Source: Mizuhopecten yessoensis (taxonomy: Eukaryota). From it: a stretch of DNA of 63,936 bases. Each line of letters begins with the position of its first letter. Positions within the stretch are counted from its first letter, which is position 1. Below are positions 59,581-63,936 of this stretch, one piece after another. Position numbers and translations under genes: made by a program. The DNA lies in the NCBI RefSeq assembly GCF_002113885.1, contig NW_018404435.1, positions 12,422-76,357 of the forward strand. The letters are read 5' to 3'. The notes below the pieces were generated by a model. The model worked only from the letters and a program-made list of their open reading frames with translations. It had not been told where the DNA came from and did no database searches.

Positions 59581-62500
59581 AAAATATCTCCGGAATAAGG
59601 ATGTGAACCGACTTCAGTAAAATAACTCCGTAAAGATCTAAACGTAAACCGGTTCTTAAAATATCTCCGAGATTTAAAAATATACTGAATCTGGTAAAAT
59701 ATCACCGGAATATAAATGAAATGAATCTGGTTTAATATATCCGAAATATAAATTGAACTGAATCTGATAACGTATCTGCAGAAAATACAGAATTGAATCA
59801 GGTAAAGTACCTCCGGATTATATTAAAATGAACTGAATCAGGTAAAGTATCTCCGGATTATATAATGAACTGAATCTGGTAAAGTATATCCGAAATATAA
59901 ATTGAACTGAATTTGTTAAGTATCTCCGGAATATATAATGAACTGAATCAGGTAAAGTATCTCCGGAATACCAATTGAATTGAATTTGGTAAAGTATCTC
60001 GTGAATATACAATGAACTGAATCTGTTAAAGTATCTCCAGAATATAAACATTAACGGAATCTGGTAAAGAATCTCCGGAATATAAACATTAACGGAATCT
60101 GGTATCTCCCGAATATAAACATTACCTGAATCCGGTAAAGTATCTCCGGAATATAAACATTACCTGAATTTGGTAAAGTATCTCCGGAATATGAAATTAA
60201 TTGGATCTGGTAAAGTATCTCGTGAATATACAATGAACTGAATCTGGTAAAGTATCTCCGGAATATGTTATAAACTGAATCTGGCAAAGTATCTCCAGAA
60301 TATAAACATTAACGGAATCTGGTAAAGAATCTCCGGAATATATAATAAACTGAATCAAGTAAAGCATCTCCGGAATATAAACATTAACGGAATTTGGTAA
60401 GTATCTCCGGAACATAAACATTACTTGAATCCGGTAAAGTATCTCCGGAATATAAACATTAACGAAATTAGGTAAAGAATCTCCGAAAATATAAAATGAA
60501 CTGAATCAAGTTAAGCATCTCCGGGATATATAATGAACTGAATCTGGTAAAGTATCTCCAAAACATAAACATTAACGGAATCTGGTAAAGAAACTCCGGA
60601 ACATAAAATTAACTGAATCTGGTCAAGTATCTCCGGAATATAAACATAACCAGAATCTGGTAAAGTATTTCCGGAATATGAAATGAACTGAATCTGGTAA
60701 AGTGTCTCGTGAATATACAATGAACTGAATCTGGTAAAGTATCTCCGGAATATTAAATAAATTGGATCTGGTAAAGTTTCTCGTGAATATACAATAAACT
60801 GAATCTGGTAAAGTATCTCCGAGACATAAAATGAATTGAATCTGGTAAAGTGTCTCCGGATTATAAAATGAATTGAATTTGGTAAAGTATCTCCGGAATA
60901 TGAAATGAATTGGATCTGATAAAGTATCTCCGGAATATAAAATGAACTGAATCCGGTACAGTATCTACAATTAACTGAATCAGGTAAGGTGTCTCCAGGA
61001 TACAAATTGAACTGAATTTGGTAAAGTATATACGGAATATACACATTAACGGTATCTGGTAAAGTATCTCCGGAATATGTAATAAACTGAATCAAGTAAA
61101 GAATCTCCGGAATATATAATGAACTGAATCTGGTAAAGTATCTCCAAAATATAAACATTAACGGAATCTGGTAAAGAAACTCCGGAATATAAAATTAACT
61201 GAATCTGGTCAAGTATCTCCGAAACATAAACATTAACAGAATCTGGTAAAGAAACTCCGGAATATAAAATGAACTGAATCAAGTAAAGAATCTCCGGAAT
61301 ATATAATGAACTGAATCTGGTAAAGTATCTCCGGAATATGTAATAAACTGAATCAAGTAAAGTATCTCCGGAATATATTATGAAATGAATTGGATCTGAT
61401 AAAGTATCTCCGGAATATAAACATTACCTGCATCTGGTAAAGTATCTCCGGAATATGAAATTAATTGGATCTGGTAAAGTATCTCGTGAATATACAATAA
61501 ACTGAATCTGGTAAAGTATCCCCAAAACATAAACATTAACGGAATCTGGTAAGGAAACTCCGGAATATAAAATTAACTGAATCTGGTCGAGTATCTCCGA
61601 AACATAAACATTACCAGAATCTGGTAAAGAAACTCCGGAATATAAAATGAACCGAATCAAGTAAAGAATCTCCGGAATATATAATGAACTGAATCTGGTA
61701 AAGTGTCTCGTGAATATACAATGAACTGAATCTGGGAAAGTATCTCCAAAATATAAACATTAACGGAATCTGGTAAGGAAACTCCGGAATATAAAATTAA
61801 CTGAATCTGGTAAAGTATCTCCGGGACATAAAATGACATGAATCTGGTAAAGTGTCTCCGGATTATAAAATGAATTGAATTTGGTAAAGTATCTCCGGAA
61901 TATGTAATAAACTGAATCAAGTAAAGAATCTCCGGAACATAAAATGAACGGATTCTGGTCAAGTATCTCCGGAATATAAACATAACCAGAATCTGGAAAA
62001 GTATTTCCGGAATATGAAATGAACTGAATCTGGTAAAGTGTCTCCGGATTATAAAATGAATTGAATTTGGTAAAGTATCTCCGGAATATGTAATAAACTG
62101 AATCAAGTAAAGGATGTCCGGAATATATAATAAACTGAATCTGGTAAAGTATCTCCGGGACATAAAATGACATGAATCTGGTAAAGTGTCTCCGGATTAT
62201 AAAATGAATTGAATTTGGTAAAGTACCTCCGGAATATGAAATGAATTAGATCTGGTAAAGTATCTCCGGAATATATTATGAAATGAATTGGATCTGATAA
62301 AGTATCTCCGGAATATAAACATTACCTGAATCTGGTAAAGTATCTCCGGGACATAAAATGACATGAATCTGGTAAAGTGTCTCCGGAATATAAAATGAAT
62401 TGAATTTGGTAAAGTATCTCCGGAATATGTAATAAACTGAATCAAGTAAAGTATCTCCGGAATATATAATAAACTGAATCAAGTAAAGCATCTCCGGAAT

Positions 62501-63936
62501 ATATAATAAACTGAATCTGGTAAAGTATATCCGGAATATATAATAAACTGAATCAAGTAAAGGATGTCCGGAATATATAATAAACTGAATCAAGTAAAGA
62601 ATCTCCGGAAGATAAAATGAACGGATTCTGGTCAAGTATCTCCGGAATATAAACATTACCTGAATCTGGTAAAGTATCTCCGGGACATAAAATGACATGA
62701 ATCTGGTAAAGTGTCTCCGGAATATAAAATGAATTGAATTTGGTAAAGTACCTCCGGAATATGAAATGAATTGGATCTGATAAAGTATCTCCGGAATATA
62801 AAATGAACTGAATCCGGTACAGTATCTACAATTAACCGAATCAGGTGAGGTGTCTCCAGGATACAAACTGAACTGAATTTGGTAAAGTATATACGGAATA
62901 TACACATTAACGGTATCTGGTAAAGTATCTCCGGAATATGTAATAAACTGAATCAAGTAAAGCATCTCCGGAATATTTAATAAACTGAATCTGGTAAAGT
63001 ATCTCCGGAATATAAACATTACCTGAATCTGGTAAAGTATCTCCGGAATATAGAATAAACTGAATCTGGTAAAGTATCTCCGGAATATATAATAAACTGA
63101 ATCAAGTAAAGTATCTCCGGAATATATAATAAACTGAATCTGGTAAAGTATCTCCGGAATATATAATAAACTGAATCTGGTAAAGCATATCCGGAATATA
63201 TGATAAACTGAATCAAGTAAAGCATCTCCGGAATATATAATAAACTGAATCTGGGAAAGTATCTCCGGAATATATAATAAACTGAATCTGGTAAAGTATA
63301 TCCGGATTATATAATAAACTGAATCAAGTTAAGCATATCCAGAATATATAATAAACTGAATCTGGTAAAGTATATCCGGAATATATACATTAACGGAATC
63401 TGGTAAAGAATCTCCGGAGTATAAAATAAACTGAATCTGGTAAAGTATCTCCGAAACATAAACATTAACGGAATCTGGTAAAGAAACTCCGGAATATAAA
63501 ATGAACTGAATCAAGTAAAGAATCTCCGGAATATAAAATGAACGGATTCTGGTCAAGTATCTCCGGAATATAAACATAACCAGAATCTGGTAAAGTATTT
63601 CCGGAATATGAAATGAACTGAATGTTGTAAAGTGTCTCGTGAATATACAATGAACTGAATCTGGTAAAGTATCTCCGGAATATTAAATAAATTGGATCTG
63701 GTAAAGTATCTCGTGAATATACAATAAACTGAATCTGGTAAAGTATCTCCGGGACATAAAATGAACTGAATCTGGTAAAGTGTCTCCGGAATATAAAATG
63801 AATTGAATTTGGTAAAGTATCTCCGGAATATGAAATGAATTAGATCTGGTAAAGTATCTCCGGAATATAAAATGAACTGAATCCGGTACAGTATCTACAA
63901 TTAACTGAATCAGGTGAGGTGTCTCCAGGATACAAA
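59581..63936. repeat. 37/38-bp satellite (GAACTGAATCTGGTAAAGTATCTCCGGAATATATAAT); runs off the window
   Basis: Degenerate units from 59581, regular from ~59680. Long duplicated blocks (e.g. 60620-61020 vs 63545-63936). Confidence 0.96.

Noticed and set aside
47402-63650. ORFs over the 36-, 57-, 24- and 37/38-bp arrays and across the N gap
   Set aside because: Artefacts of periodic sequence or runs of N.
10201-63936. Monomer lengths tuned to the 10.5-bp helical repeat
   Set aside because: Measured periods of 39, 36, 57, 37/38 and 24 bp do not fit.

Overview
Eukaryotic, repeat-dominated window with no convincing host gene. The element families suggest a marine invertebrate, probably a bivalve mollusc (inference). 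From left to right: (i) the right-hand ~7.5 kb of a decayed Polinton/Maverick (adintovirus-like) element, with protein-primed PolB, packaging ATPase and chromo-integrase all broken, ending in the canonical ACTACT terminus; (ii) MITEs, including an IS3EU-type element with a 6-bp TSD; (iii) a ~1-kb-arm palindrome that is probably an assembly artefact; (iv) an intact 4.2-kb CR1-group LINE with a 13-bp TSD and a 2A-like (DIELNPGP) motif; (v) a tRNA-derived SINE; and (vi) about ten distinct tandem arrays (units 21-57 bp) covering more than half the window, the largest a ~19-kb 39-bp satellite. The most striking observation is that the 4.1-kb 57-bp satellite sits inside a fossil Penelope-like reverse-transcriptase sequence and its monomer appears to be the missing RT segment amplified ~70-fold, i.e. 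a satellite seemingly caught at its birthplace. Nearly all ORFs in the supplied track outside 1-6203 and 22744-26112 are repeat artefacts. Family assignments come from recalled motifs, not database searches.
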